Positions 12,146 to 25,125 of a stretch of 64,000 bases of DNA are shown here, piece after piece. Where the stretch lies: the NCBI RefSeq assembly GCF_006345805.1, contig NC_043019.1:19095360-19159359 (forward strand), written 5' to 3'. Each line of letters opens with the position of its first letter. Positions within the stretch are counted from its first letter, which is position 1. A program made the translations under genes and the position numbers. The notes beneath the pieces are model-generated. The model ran no database searches, had not been told where the DNA came from, and saw only the letters and a program-made list of their open reading frames with translations. Source of the stretch: Octopus sinensis (lineage: Eukaryota).

Positions 12146-12362
12146 AAAGGCGGTGAGCTGGTAGAAACGTTAGCATGCCAGGCGAAATGCTTAGCTGTAT
12201 TTCGTCTACCGTTACATTCAGAGTTCCAATTCCGCCGAGGTCGACTTTGCCTTTCATCCTTTCGGGGTCAATAAATTAAGTACCAGTTACGCACTGGGGT
12301 CGATATAATCAACTTAATCCGTTTGTCCCCTCTGTGTTTAGCCCCTTGTGGGTAGTAAAGAA
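12146..12362 (+). mobile_element. tRNA-derived SINE (family with core gccgaggtcgactttgcctttcatcctttcggggtc) with target-site duplication
   Basis: Flanking direct repeat ataagtatagctgtggaat at 12127-12145 and 12363-12381. Other copies at 33364-33603 (-), about 50990-51210 (+), about 52490-52690 (+) and about 29790-29900. Confidence 0.9.
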
Positions 12363-12635
12363 ATAAGTATAGCTGTGGAATTACCAAGTAAGCCTTTAAT
12401 ACACTGTTCTATTAGAAGAAGGCTTCATTTTATAAAAGTAACTTAACTTTTTGATGATAATGCAGTGAGTCTGCAATAATTGTAATAACATTAAACCTAA
12501 CTTTTATCATCTCAAATATATTTCTCTTCTAAAAGTTACTTGTCTCTTTGAATAGACTTTAATGGTCTTCCTTGTTTTGTTAATTTAAATGTTTATTGTA
12601 ATCAATAAATTTTCTCATTTTTCCATTTATCTGTT

Positions 12636-12649
12636 GTTGCCATGACATC
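12636..12649 (+). promoter_or_regulatory. RFX X-box-like motif
   Basis: GTTGCCATGACATC, close to the X-box consensus GTTGCCATGGCAAC, 1.2 kb upstream of the first detected exon of a putative ciliary gene. Confidence 0.3.
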
Positions 12650-13857
12650 AGCATCTCTGCTGTTAGAAAGTGCTTAATACTTCTGTGATTTTTGTATTTA
12701 TTCATTCAGATTGGGTGTGATGCTCCTTCAAACCCTATTGAACTGGATTACTCCCTAAATACTGTATTTAATGTCACATATGATACAATTTATTTTCCAA
12801 AAATACACCCCCACCCAGTACGGTATATGAAGTGGAGTCTTTATTACATGCGTGAATCTGCACTGTAAACTTTTTTCCTGACTGTGCACTGCTGCGATTG
12901 CATAGTCTTCTATGCCAGTATCAAATGCAGTAGCTGTGCAATTTCTACAAGCCACAAAAGCTCACATGTTGTAGAGTCATGGCTTTGTACAACTGACAAT
13001 AATGAGATATCTCATAAAAGGGTTCTTCTCATTTTCTAGAGAGACTTCCATTCAATCAACACTCTTCATTTGGCATTCCAAAACTGGTATGGTTTATCTG
13101 TGTTACCAATGTATGGAATTAAGAATCCTATCTGAAGAGGAGACTGATCCAGATTATGTTCATATCAAGTTTATGAGTGGGATGGTTTCTGTAAGAGATT
13201 CAACTCTCTGTAGATGTGACAGACATCAAACTATGCAAGTTATTCACGATATATTGTCACGCCAAACTGAAGCAGTAAAAAGCCAGCAACTACGGCTCAA
13301 GAAAGTTGCAAAACAACTCAAAACCTTTTTCTCCATATGTCAGTATGCAATCACCATAACTCTGCATTTGGTTAGCAGAAGCAATCCGTGTTTCCGTAAT
13401 ATGTGATTGTTGTAAACAACTCTCACTGTCATACAAGTGGTGTCTTTCATTTCCAATTTTTCATGGAAACATGTCTAGCCACAGGGAAATAGGTAAGAGT
13501 TGATAACAGGAAGGGCCATAGAAAATCTGTATCAAGGGATTCTTCAAACCCATGCAAGCATGGAAAAGTGGACGTTAAATGCTGATAATAACAAAAATGG
13601 TGATGATATATATATATATATATGTATACATCTAATTTTCTGTCTACAAAATTTCACTGGTAAGCTATTGTTCTGCCAAATATTTTTTGTAGTGGATTGA
13701 ACCCATGACCTCATGGTTTTGAAGCAAATTTCTTAACAACCTGACGAAACTTGCTCCTTGGCTCTATGACTACATTGAATGTCAGGAGTGACAGGGAAGA
13801 AAAGGTTATTTTTGTCATCCTCCTCATGTATTACCATTATTCTTCTCTGTGTTTCAG

Positions 13858-13948
13858 CGTAGGTGGATACAATAGTCTGAATGATCCACACTTACAAAAT
13901 TATTTCACCAACAAAACTGTCACCAACTACTTGAAGAAAGCTGGAGTT
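13858..13948 (+). CDS. ERICH3: ERICH3-like gene, first detected coding exon (N-terminal conserved motif)
   Basis: tttcag acceptor and GTT|gtaagt donor. Encodes VGGYNSLNDPHLQNYFTNKTVTNYLKKAGV, resembling the ERICH3 N-terminus (YNSLxDxHLxxYFxNxxxxxxLxxxGL, recalled). A second AG at 13861-13862 is an alternative acceptor. Confidence 0.85.
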
Positions 13949-14352
13949 GTAAGTATATCTTGTAGCAAGTAATTCCAATTTCTTTCTTGCGTTAAACGTC
14001 GAATATGTGTGACACAAGTTGCTAATCTATATTTATAAATATATATATATATATAAAATCCTTTGTATCTCTGTCTGTTCCCAATGCATTGTCAAATGGC
14101 TCAACCAAATCAAATTAAATTTTACATGGCAATACACATCCCAGGAGTGTCAACATGTAATTTTGAGGGATTAAGACAATGCGACATTGACACTGGTTCT
14201 GTATTATGTCTCAAAACTCGAGGAATAAAAGTGGAACCTTCGATGGAGTAACAGTTATAAATAGTTTCATTTTTATATTTCACTTTTAATACTTTTACTT
14301 TTATATTGTTTCACTTTTAAAACTTTCACTTTGTGTGTGTGTGTGTGTGTGT

Positions 14353-15588
14353 ATACAGGGTTATTCAAAAAGAATGAACCAATTTCATTATGCAATATTT
14401 TAATAAGGAAAAGCAATAGAAAACTCCAGCTGAGTCCCAAGTATTTACTCCCAATCAACTTTTATTTCCTGTCTTAGAAAGGGTTCAATGTGGCCACCAC
14501 CTGCAGCACAGGCAACATCAATGCAATAAGAGAATTCCTCCCAGTCATGTATCAGCGTATCAAGATCCACTGAGTTAATCACTGTTGTTATTTCGATGTT
14601 TAAAGTCGTTGAGGTTAGTGGGTGGCGGTGGAATATAAACGCAATCTTTTACATATCCCCACAAAAAAAAATCACACACAGTGAGGTCTGGGGATCTCAC
14701 AGGCCAAGCACAAAGAGTAAGGTCTTGTGCCCTTTTCCGACCAATCCATCATTGAAGCATTTTTTCATTTAAAAAAGCTCAAACCATCAGGTGCCAGTGG
14801 GGTGGTGCTCCATCTTGTTGAAAAATGAAGTCATGTGAATCTGCTTGCAGTGAAGTGAAGAGCCAGTTTTGGAGCATATCGAGATAGGTTTGTCCTGTAA
14901 CGGTGTCTCCTTCACAGAAAAAGGGACCATAAACCTTGTCCTGAGACAAGAAGGCGTTCACCTTAGGGGAATCTCTTTCATGCTGCTCAGCTGTTTCATG
15001 TGGGTGCTCTGTTCCCCAAATGAGCACATTGTGATGACTGTGCCATTCAAGTGGAAAGTTGCTTCATTACTAAAAAGTAAATGTGAAACGAAGGTTTTGT
15101 TTCCCATCATCTCCAGCATTATTTTGCAGATTCCATCTGCCTCTTCTTGTTGTCATTGATAAGTGCCTGATTGAGGTGTAGTCTGTAGGGTTTCAAATGT
15201 AGACGTCTTCTTAGCGCATGCCAGGTGTGGATTGAGGGATCACAAACTCACAGCTTACTTGATTTGTGGACTTCCATGGGCTTCCCTCAAACACAGCACA
15301 GATATGGTTTTGGAGAAACCAGTGGTCATCCTCGACTTTTTCCTTTACACAGACACCCACTCTCCTGAAACAACCGTTGAATGTTCTTAGGAGAGGGCGG
15401 ATTAATGTCGAATCACCTTTGAAAAGTGCGCTGCACCGTGACAGCCAAATTTGCTTTCATGAACTTGAGAACGCAGAATGCCTTTTGCTGAGGAGTTGCC
15501 ATTCTGTGTGTAAGCAAACAACTGAAATTTACCAGAAGAACAACATGACTACAGCGCCCCTGTGGCAGCCATTCAAAATTTAGAAAAC
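14353..15588 (-). mobile_element. Tc1/mariner-superfamily transposon remnant (DUF4817-type HTH)
   Basis: MATPQQKAFCVLKF...GCLCKGKS at about 15503, then FIFQQDGAPPHW and RSPDLTVCDFFLWGYVKD. TIR-like end tacagggttattcaaaaagaatg at 14353. Confidence 0.85.
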
Positions 15589-15879
15589 TCCACCACTACT
15601 CACTAACCTTGATGACTTTAAACATCGAATAACAACAGTGATTAACTCAGTGGATCTTGATATGCTGGTACATGTCTGGGAGGAATTCTCTTATTGCATT
15701 GATGTTGCCTGTGAAGTGTCACACCCTAATAGTGTTGCATAACTGGCCTGTTTAAAAGCACCCTTAAACCATCGGGCAATATGCTGTGCTTGAGAAGATC
15801 TGTTGAGTTAAGTGAAATCATAGTCATGCCGCCTGACTAACACCTGTGCCAGCGGCACATTAGAAGCACCATTCAAGCA

Positions 15880-16088
15880 TGGTCGATGCCAGTGCTGCCT
15901 GACTGGCTCCCATGCTGGTGGCACGTAAAAAGCACCCACTTCACTCACAGAGTGGTTGGCATGAGGAAGAGCATCCAGCTGTAGAAACCTTGCCAAATCA
16001 GACTGGAGCCTGGTGCAGCCTCCTGCCTTGCCGGTCCTCAGTTGAACCATCCAACCCATGGAAAACGGATGTTAAACAATGATGATGA
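15880..16088 (+). repeat. RTE-tail-related dispersed repeat ending in (GAT)n
   Basis: aaagcacccact..gagtggttggc.ttaggaagggcatccagc.gtagaaac...catgccagcatgga..cggacgttaaa.gatgat. Further copies at about 16190-16387, 18730-18930, 21830-21990, 30790-30985, 37050-37203, 44420-44597, 54530-54690 and 58237-58470 (-). Confidence 0.85.
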
Positions 16089-16100
16089 TATATATATATA

Positions 16101-16157
<57 letters not shown>

Positions 16158-16699
16158 CCCTTTCTCGGTTGAGAGGTCCTGCTCTTGTGTGCTTGCTGGT
16201 GTTGGTGCCGGTGACACATAAAAGCACCCAGTCCACACACTGTAAAGTGGTTGGTGTTAGGAAGGGCATCCAGCTATAGAAACTTTGCCAAAACAGACAA
16301 ATGGAGCCTGGGCAGCCCTTCAGCTGGTTATCTCCTGCCAGACTGTCCAACTCATGCCAGCATAGAAAATGGACATTAAACGATGATCTCACACACACAT
16401 GCACACAACATGCTGGGTGTGTTCTACATTTCTAAGTTTCACAGGTTTACAGAGAGAAAGAAGATGAGTCAGCTACATCCTTAGATGTGTAGAGTGAGAG
16501 TAGAGAGAATTTAGACATGGTTTCTAGGTGAGACAGTTTGAGCTTCCATCGGTCTGCACATGTCACATGGATACTTTGGCAAGGCAGAGTGACAACAGTT
16601 TGATTCCACATAGTAGAAGAGACACTTTATTGACACCAAACTGTTGGCTGTCCGTAGGATTTTAAATTACAGTCACATCAATTCCTAAGCTACCATTTG

Positions 16700-17690
16700 A
16701 TGAGATTACCAGTTTTCTGGTGTCTGCTCACCAAGCAGTTGGCACGTCAAACATAGTTGCCTTGATGTAATTTTAGTGAGGTGATAAAAGTCTCTGATAA
16801 TAGTATACAGAAGGCAAATAACCTCACTCTGTGGAAACAGGTGTTGTTTATTGTGCAGTTGTGTGTGTGTGTGTGGGGGGGTGCATTCAATAGTTTGCTG
16901 TTCATTAACAGGGCATCATATCTTTGGCAATTGTGATAAGATGAAATGGTTTTATTTCTGATGGCCACTGCAGACTGTTGTGGTATATGTAGTTTCTCAC
17001 AGAGCCAGAATTAGCAATTATGAACTAAATGCAAGTAAGGAGGGGTTCCTCCTGTCAAGGAGGCTCTCTGTGATGTTGGGGATGTTGTTTCTTTGCTTCT
17101 GGTGCCCCCAGATGAAACACCACAAGGACGTGGAGTCTTCCTTCTCACTGCACCTGAAGGAGTTCATGTCTTGCATAAATCTTTCCTTGAAATCAGGGTT
17201 TCATTGTAGATCTCTTTGCTGATAGATTGAAAATTCTTCTGCTGACACCTGTGACCAGCTTTCTGATAACAGCTGGACTGGTTGGAGTTTCTAAGGATAA
17301 ATGCTGGCCAACAAACTGAAACCAGTAATTCGTACCAAACGTACCAAAGCCTGTTGTCAAAGCAAGTATTATTGTTGCAAAGCCAAATACAACCACCCAC
17401 ACTGTTAAAACCATTGAAAATTTGGGTTTTCAGTTGTTGGAACATCCTGCATAGAACCAAAACCTTGCTTCTTCTGACTGTCACCTCTTTGAACTGTTCA
17501 AATCATTGTTGATTTACTATGAATGAAGAAGCACAAGAAGTGGTGAATGAATGGTTGGAAGACCAGCTGGAAACCTTTCCTGAGGGAATAAGTAAGCTTG
17601 CGGACCACTGGGAAAAGTACGTAGAAAAGCAAGGGGACTATGTTAATAAATTTCAACCCCTGATTTAGTTTTGATAAATTACAGAAACAG
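16700..17690 (+). mobile_element. Degenerate mariner transposase remnant
   Basis: LGFQLLEHPA*NQNLASSDCHLF (cf. LGWEVLPHPPYSPDLAPSDYHLF) and EWLEDQ...EGISKLADHWEKYVEKQGDYV. Confidence 0.7.
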
Positions 17691-17789
17691 GGGTGCATAC
17701 AATTTTTGACTTACTCTCATATACATACACACATGCACACGCACACACACACACACACACATACACACACACACACACATACATACATA

Positions 17790-18928
17790 TGACACACAAA
17801 AGGTGCAGCAATATCAGAGAAAGGTTAACAGAGGAACTAACTTTTGTATGTGGAAGATGCACAGGTACCATAAATGCTGAAAATATGCAGAAAATAGACT
17901 TCATCAACTGCTGGGGGTGGGGGGGCAAGCTAGAGATAGTAGATAGCTTCTGTTATCTAGGTGACTAACTTAGTAGTGGAGGGAGATAATCTGAGAGCAC
18001 AGCGGTGAGAATAAGATTAGGCTGGACAAAGTTCAGAGAGCTCCTACCGCTGCAGGAAACAAAGGGCCTCTCTCTCTCAGAATGAAAGGCAGATTGTATG
18101 ATACCTGTGTGAGAACTGCCATGCTACATGGCAGTGAAACATGGGCTGTAACAGCTGAGGACATACATAGGCTTGAAAAATATAAAGCCAGTATGCTTTG
18201 CTGGATGTGCAATGTCAGTGTGCATGTTTGTCAGAGTGTAAGCATCTTGCGAGAAATGTTGGACATAAGAGGCATCGGATGTGGTGTGCAAGAGATGACT
18301 GCACTGGTATGGTCATGTGATGCATATGGAGGAGGAGAGCTGTGTGAAGAAATGTCGACCTCTAACTTTGGAGGAAACTGTGGTCGAGGTAGACTTAGGA
18401 AGACATGGAATGAAGTGGTGAAGCATGATCTTCAAACTTTGGGCCTCACAGAGGCAACGAATATTGACCGAGACCTTTGGTGATATGCTGTGCTTGAGAA
18501 GACCTGTCAAGCCAAGAGAAATCACAATCATAGTTGATGCTGGTGTCATGTCACTGGCACGTAAAGAGCACTGTTGGAGCATTGGGCCCCACAGGCAAAG
18601 TGGCCGAGTTCCTTTCAAGCATTGGGCCTCACAAAAGCAATGACTGAGACCTTTGGCATCATGTCATGCTTGAGGAAAAGACCCTTCAAGCTGAGCAAAA
18701 TTGCAGTCATGGCAGATATTGGTGTCGTGCAAGTGGCACTCATGCCAGTGGCACATAAAAGCACCCATCACACTCTCAAAGTGGTTGGCATTAGGAAGAG
18801 CATCTAGTTATAGAAAACCATACTAAATAAGATTGGAGTCTGGTACAGCCTTCCAGCTTACCAGCTCCGGTCAAACTGTCCAATCCATGCCAGCATGGAC
18901 ACCAGACGTTAAATAATGATGATGATGA

Positions 18929-18930
<2 letters not shown>
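17790..18930 (+). mobile_element. RTE LINE 3' fragment
   Basis: KRCSNIR..FVCGRC, LEIVDSFCYLGD, KGRLYDTCVRTAMLHGSETW, GRGRLRKTWNEVV, followed by the family 3' tail. Confidence 0.85.
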
Positions 18931-18992
<62 letters not shown>

Positions 18993-19147
18993 ATATGTAT
19001 GTATATGTATATATGTATGTATATATGTGTATATATGTGTATATATGTATGTATATATGTGTGTGTGATATATATATATATATGTGTTATATAATATTAA
19101 TTATTGACCTGTGTTTTTTTCTTCTTTTCTATATATTTGTTGTTTAG

Positions 19148-19345
19148 GTTACTAGAAAGGGTGAGATTGTGCCAGATGCCGTCTACAGAGCAAACATGGC
19201 ACATGAAGAGCGCCGGAGAAAGGCCCGGGAGCAGCTCACCAGTGAACTATTAAATAAATCCGTTAATCTACAGCGCAAATATGAAAGTGAAATACAACAT
19301 AGACTTGAAGAAATAGCAAAACTGGAGCTTATTCGAAAGATTCGA
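19148..19345 (+). CDS. ERICH3: ERICH3-like coding exon (phase 0-0, 66 codons)
   Basis: tttag acceptor and CGA|gtaagt donor. Encodes VTRKGEIVPDAVYRANMAHEERRRKAREQLTSELLNKSVNLQRKYESEIQHRLEEIAKLELIRKIR, colinear with ERICH3 ITRSGRILSEKEYK...LETLARKERIQRFK (recalled). Confidence 0.88.
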
Positions 19346-20279
19346 GTAAGTCATTTATTGTTAATTAATAGGAGTTACATATCTATTTCTAATCCAGTGT
19401 GTGTGTGTGTGTGTTTATGTATATATAATACAATGTAATATATGTGTGTGTCGAATACTGTAATGAAAAAGAAAGAGCTGGATATGAAGGAAAACTTAAA
19501 TCGATGCCTAATAATAATGTAGTGATTAATTGTAACAACAACAACTTGAAAACACATAGTAATGGGCAGAATAGAGAACCTTGAATAACTGGGGGGTTTA
19601 TCAACCCTATAGAAAAGGAATCCTTTAAACCCTCTTTGGGAAATGGAAAGAATAGTACTACATATAAAATGAGGGGGAAAAAAATCAGGTAAAAAATCAA
19701 TTGTGAACCTATCCGGAATTACCCGATTCATGAATGAGAATAACTATAATAATTGTTTTAATAATAAGTCCCAGAGAAGTATATTATGGTATAATCCTGT
19801 GTTTGGACTACATATATCCATTAACCTTGTGAGAGCTTTCATTTACAGCATTTGATAAACACTTCCCTAAGTCAAATAAATACCATAAAATCTTTAATAG
19901 ACATACAGTGAAGCTGTCATATGCAACATCACATAACTTAGAATATTACATTCATAAATTTAATAATAGGAAACTTAACAAAGTATATAATAATGCTAAC
20001 AATAAGTTGAATGGTACTATAAATCTCGCAAATAATCATAACAGTAGGGGAAATGGTCCTACTAGCTTGTATAGCAGTTACATTTAAAATATTAACAAAA
20101 ATTACAATAATAGTAATAATGATAATAGCAACAACAAAAAATAATAATTATGGCAATAATACAAATGATACTAACATAAACAACAAATAAGTTAATAATT
20201 AATAATAAACAAATAAAATACAATTGTAAAAGCAAAGCTGTATACCCTCTTGGAAATAAATGTTCCCAAAAGAACATCA

Positions 20280-21050
20280 TATACAGATGCACAGTCTGGA
20301 CTCAAACAAGAATTTGCATATATAGGTGCAACATGTGATTACTTCAAAACTGTGAGAGTATAATCATGTTGTGTCATTTCAAAGTAAACACAAAATAAAT
20401 CTCTTTCTAACCTAATATGGAGTATATCCGAACTTCACAATTTATGCAAATCTCACAAACTAAGCAGTGAAAAGGATTCGTGAGATTTGTGAATCTGGTG
20501 TTTAAGCTTATAAGATATCATCAATATTTGCTTTGGAATTGCTGCATCCAACCAAAAGAATTTTTTCAAATGTTCATCAGTCAACTTCATTCGATGTGCT
20601 GACTTCACATACTTCATTTTTGAAAATGTTTGCTCACAGACATAGAAGTTGTTCTAAACACTGATGCCATACCAGAGGCAAATTTCTTCAACTTTGAAAA
20701 CTCATCACCTGGTAAGCAGTGACAAAAATTCTACAAGTTTTCCTTCTCTGTGCTTCTCTGTCAACAAGCCATTTGCTTGCAAATCAATGATCACCAACTA
20801 TTGTTTGACTGGCACATCTTGAAGGATACAATTCAACAGATTCTGGAACGGAAGAATGTCACTCTCACTTCTGTTAAAGATCCATAGCTTCTTCCTCTCT
20901 ACAAATGAACTCCACATATAGAAGACACCTGCCCTCATAATCAACTCCTTCAGGTAAATGGCCTTGCTTGATTTGTAGGAAAGGTGTAGACAGGAATTGC
21001 ATATGGTGTACTCAGTGTAAGCTATGGACACCCTAGGGGTGCAGTGGAAT
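20280..21050 (-). mobile_element. hAT (Buster/SPIN/GTF2IRD2-like) transposase C-terminal remnant
   Basis: Reverse strand reads CLPGDEFSKLKKFASGMASVF..T.VCEQTFSKMKYVKSAHRMKLTDEHL, the hAT dimerisation domain. Confidence 0.75.
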
Positions 21051-21990
21051 AAACGGAAGGTTATCAGAGAAGGTAGTGTCTGTATGTGGAAGATGCACAG
21101 GAGCCATAAAAATTATAGATACTCAGGAAATTGATTTTCTCAAATGAACTGAGGCTCTTTAGAGGTACTGGGTTATTTCTGTTACTTAGGAGACCAAATT
21201 AGTAGTGGGGGAGGATGTACGGAAAGTGTAATAGCTAGAATAAGAAAAGGATGAAGAAAATTCAGAAAGCTTTTACCTTTGTTGGCAACTGACAGTATCT
21301 CTTTCCAAGTGAAAGTAAGCTTATATCGATGCATATATGTGAACAGCAACTCTACATGGTAGTGAGACATGGGCCCCCGAATGTGGAGGACATGTGAAGG
21401 CTAGAGAAGAACGAAGCTTGTATGCTCCACTGGATGTGCAATGTAAGTGTAGATATTCAACAGAAGCATTAGATGCAGTGTGCAAGAGAGGACTGCATTG
21501 GTTTGGTCATGCAATGTGGATGGATGTAGACAGCTTCACAAAGAAGTGCCATTCATTCAAAGTGGAAGAGGGAAACCTAGGAAGACATGGCACGAAGTAC
21601 TGAAGGATGATGATCTCAGGACACTGAACCTGATGAAGGAAATCTGAGATATTTAGTGCCTCGCTGTACTCAAGAAGACCCAATCTCCACAACAGAAGTG
21701 TTAATGCTGTTCCCCCTGCTGGAGGGGATTGGGCTGCAAGAGCCCCGCACTGTGCCATGTAAAAAGCACCCGTGTCAACACCATGCAATGGCACTTGTGC
21801 CAGCGCCATGTGTAAGCACCTAGAACACTCTGAATAGTGATTGGCATTAGGAGAGGCATCCAGCCGTAGAAGCCAGACCAAACCTGAATGGAATCTAGTG
21901 CAGCTCCCTTGTTTGCTGGCTCTGATCAAATTGTCCAACCTGGGCCGCGATATGGGAAGCAAATGTTAAATAATGAGGATGATGATGATG
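21050..21990 (+). mobile_element. Degenerate RTE LINE 3' fragment
   Basis: Same family as 17790-18930 (gtatgtggaagatgc, ggtagtgagacatggg, LHWFGHAMWMD). Confidence 0.75.
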
Positions 21991-22088
21991 ACACGCATAC
22001 TTACATATACATACACAGATATATATATAGACACATATATATATACACACTCACATACATATTGTATGTGTGCATGCGTGTATATTTA

Positions 22089-22930
22089 CAGAGTGCGGTG
22101 AATAAATTGCCATCTAAATAACGCGAAAATGAAAATAACACTGACATCTCATCTTAACAGATATATTTACCAAAATGACATAAAAATATCTTGAAATACT
22201 AAAGAGTTAATTTATTCAATAAAATTGCCATTGGCTTCAACCACAGCCTCCAGATGACTTTGGAATCTGCAACTCTTCTGGACAGTCTCCTTGTTTAAGT
22301 TTGGTGAATGCTGCCAAAATCCTTGCCTTCAATTCATCTTTGGTGTTGCTAGGAGTTTTGTTGGTCCCTCGCTCAGCTGCGCTCCACACACAATAATCAA
22401 AGGGGTTGTCTGGGGAGTTAGATGGCCTGACGTTAGGGGTGATGTGGTCACAGAAATTGTCTGAAAGCCATGATTGGGTTCTCCTGCTTGTGTGGCATGG
22501 TGCAGAGTCCTGTTACCAGACACAGGGTCTTCCAGCAGCCACCCTCTTGACACAAGGCAGCACTACCTCCTCCAAGCACTTGATGTAGGTCACCATGTTG
22601 AGTCTGAGGCTGTGTGGAAAGATGAATGGAGGCATCACATCGCCATCACTAGTGCTCACTCCAGACACCATGATGTTGACTGGATGTTTGATTTTTATCA
22701 ACTCTGTACATGTCCTCAGATTGACACCCAAACACTCTGAAGTGTTTGTATTGGAGCTTCCAGTGCAAATACCAAGCAATGCATCATGTTGTTTCCATGG
22801 TGCTGTTTTTCTAATAGACAGTGCCCAACTGACCCTACTATACTGTGTAGTTGACAAAATCAAAAACAAACAAAGCGCATGCATAAAATTAAAAATACAA
22901 AATGGTGTCAATTCACCCATTGCACCTCGT
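22089..22930 (-). mobile_element. Internally deleted Tc1/mariner (maT-like) element
   Basis: VSTSDGDVMPPFIFPH.LRLN...YIKCLEEVVLP.VKRVAAGRP.VWQQDSAPCH...NFCDHITPNV. TA-flanked, imperfect TIR-like ends. Confidence 0.8.
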
Positions 22931-22949
22931 ATATATATATTCTTTTATT

Positions 22950-23153
22950 CTTTTAATTGTTTCAGCCAAGTGACTGCAGCCATGCTGGAGCACCACCTTT
23001 TAGTTGAACAAATCAACCCCAGGACTTATTATTCTTTTTGAAGTCTGGTATTTATTCTATCAGTGACTTCTGCCAAACTGTTAAGTTACAGGGATGTAAA
23101 CACACCAACAATGGTTGTCAAGCAGTGATGGAGGGACAAACACAGACACAAAG

Positions 23154-23160
<7 letters not shown>
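22950..23160 (-). mobile_element. SINE-like repeat (family with catgctggagcaccgcctttagtcga)
   Basis: Near-identical copies at about 44850-45060 and 56120-56340, and a related plus-strand copy at about 28740-28890. Confidence 0.8.
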
Positions 23161-23184
<24 letters not shown>

Positions 23185-23194
23185 TATATATATT

Positions 23195-23482
23195 AGAAAA
23201 AAGGAGCACTCTGTCGGAACAGCTTGCTCGTGAAATTCATGTGCAAGAGGCTCAGCACTCCACAGACACAAGTACCCTTAATGTAGTTCTCAGGGAGATT
23301 CAGTGTGACACAAAGTGTGACAAGGCCAGCCCTTTGGAATAGAGGTACTACTCATTTTTTTTCCAGCTGAGTGGACTGGAGCAACGTTAAATAAAGTGCC
23401 TTGCTGAAGGACACAACATGTCGCTGGGAATTGAACTCTTGACCTTACAATTGTGAGCTGAATGCCTTAACCACTAAGCCAC
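23195..23482 (-). mobile_element. tRNA-derived SINE, same family as 62595-62921
   Basis: The reverse strand begins gtggcttagtggttaaggcattcagctc (A box) and contains gtgtccttcagcaaggcact. Confidence 0.8.
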
Positions 23483-23485
23483 AAA

Positions 23486-23540
<55 letters not shown>

Positions 23541-23789
23541 CCAATCAATTTGGTCCTTCGCCATTTCTGTGAGACTTAACATCCCAAAATCATTCTTCAT
23601 CACTTCATCCCATGTGTTTCTGCATTGGACAAATGCAATGAATAAAAATGCCATCTCAGAAACATTTAAAACCTTTGTAAACCCCTCAAAATGATCAGTT
23701 TACATGTGCGCATCGTCCACAAAAACATTGGTGTTTGATGCATGAATTTGTAGAATGCAATATCAATCATTGAACCTAAGATTCACGGA

Positions 23790-24990
23790 CGTTTTGCAAG
23801 TGTGGATGTGATATTTCTCGACTTTGCAAAAGCCTTTGAGAAAGTCGACCATGGTATGATATGTCACAAACTACATGATTTTGGCATAGTCAGAAAACTT
23901 GGTGACTGACTGCAGGACTTTCTAAAGGATAGACATTAGGCGGTGGTTGCCAATGGAGTCACCTCAAAGGAAACAAATAGCAAGTGGTGTTCCACAGGGC
24001 ACTGTCTTAGGGCCACTGCTATTCATAGTGGCCCTCTCAAACATGCCCTCAGCTGCTCTGATAGCCATCCTTGTTATGTGGATGACACAAAAGTCTCTCA
24101 AACAATACAAAATCCTAGAAATATTGCACATCTGCAATCGGAGTTGGATGCAATATACAGGTGGGCTGAGAATAACAACATGCAGGAAAATTCCAAGCCC
24201 TACACTACCAACACATGAAGCTGAACAGTATGCAGACAGGATACACTGACCCAGGAGGAATTGCAATCCCTGAATCAAAAATCAGTGCCTGGGCATTGAC
24301 ATGAGCAATGATGCATCTTTGCAAGTGCATATTTCCGATTTGGTAATAAAATGCAGATACATAACTGGATAGATCCTCTGAACTTTCAAAACAAGAGAAA
24401 AGGAGACAATGATGGTCCTTTGGAGGGCATACATTCTCAGCTGTTAAGACTACTGCTCCCAACTATGGTCACCACACAATATGAAATTAACGATGGGACT
24501 CAAAGCAACATATCAGCTACTGGGAAAGACTGAAAGAATTAAAATTCTTCTTCCTAGAATGAAGGTGGCAAAGATATGCAGTGATATATATCTGGAAAAC
24601 CCTGGAAGGTCTTGGATCAAACTTTGGCATTAAAAGTTACATGAATAGCTGAATGGGGCACCACTGCATAGTGCCAAAGATCCCAGCATCTCCATCAAAA
24701 TACAGGATGAGATACTACAACAACTTGGGTTTCAAGGGCCCACAACCCTTCAGTATCCTTTCAAAATGTCTGAGAGACCTACATGGTGTGGATGTAGGTG
24801 TCTTCAAAACAAAACTGGATCTCTTCCTGCCAAGGGTTCCAGATGAGCCTACCTCGTGGCAGAAAACACAGATGAGGGCAGCAACATTAAACCCCCTCAT
24901 TCAACAAATGCTGCATATCAGTGGAGGTTTCAAATAATGGTGTAGCACAGTCAATGGTGGTACCCCAGCATAACCACAGCTTTAAAGCCA
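23790..24990 (+). mobile_element. Degenerate CR1-type LINE 3' half (a different family from 7462-10858)
   Basis: DVIFLDFAKAFEKVDHG, IASGVPQGTVLGPLLF, YVDDTK, with frameshifts and stops. Confidence 0.85.
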
Positions 24991-25125
24991 AAACAATTTA
25001 AATATTAAGGATTAAAAATAAAGATATATATAAATACATATATATTATATATATGTATATATATATAATTCCTACTAGAGCAAAAATATCTCCTTGAACT
25101 AATAAAAAATGGAATCTCAAAAGCA

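Noticed and set aside
13408-13470. Forkhead (GTAAACAA) and RFX half-site (CATGGAAAC) cluster
   Set aside because: Both motifs fall within or next to repeat remnants, so they are not distinguishable from background.
13471-13492. Apparent first exon ATG TCT AGC CAC AGG GAA ATA G|gtaag (MSSHREI), compatible with the second acceptor
   Set aside because: It lies inside a dispersed repeat (13440-13610 aligns with about 37950-38100), so the ATG and donor are probably repeat-derived. Exonisation cannot be excluded without cDNA.
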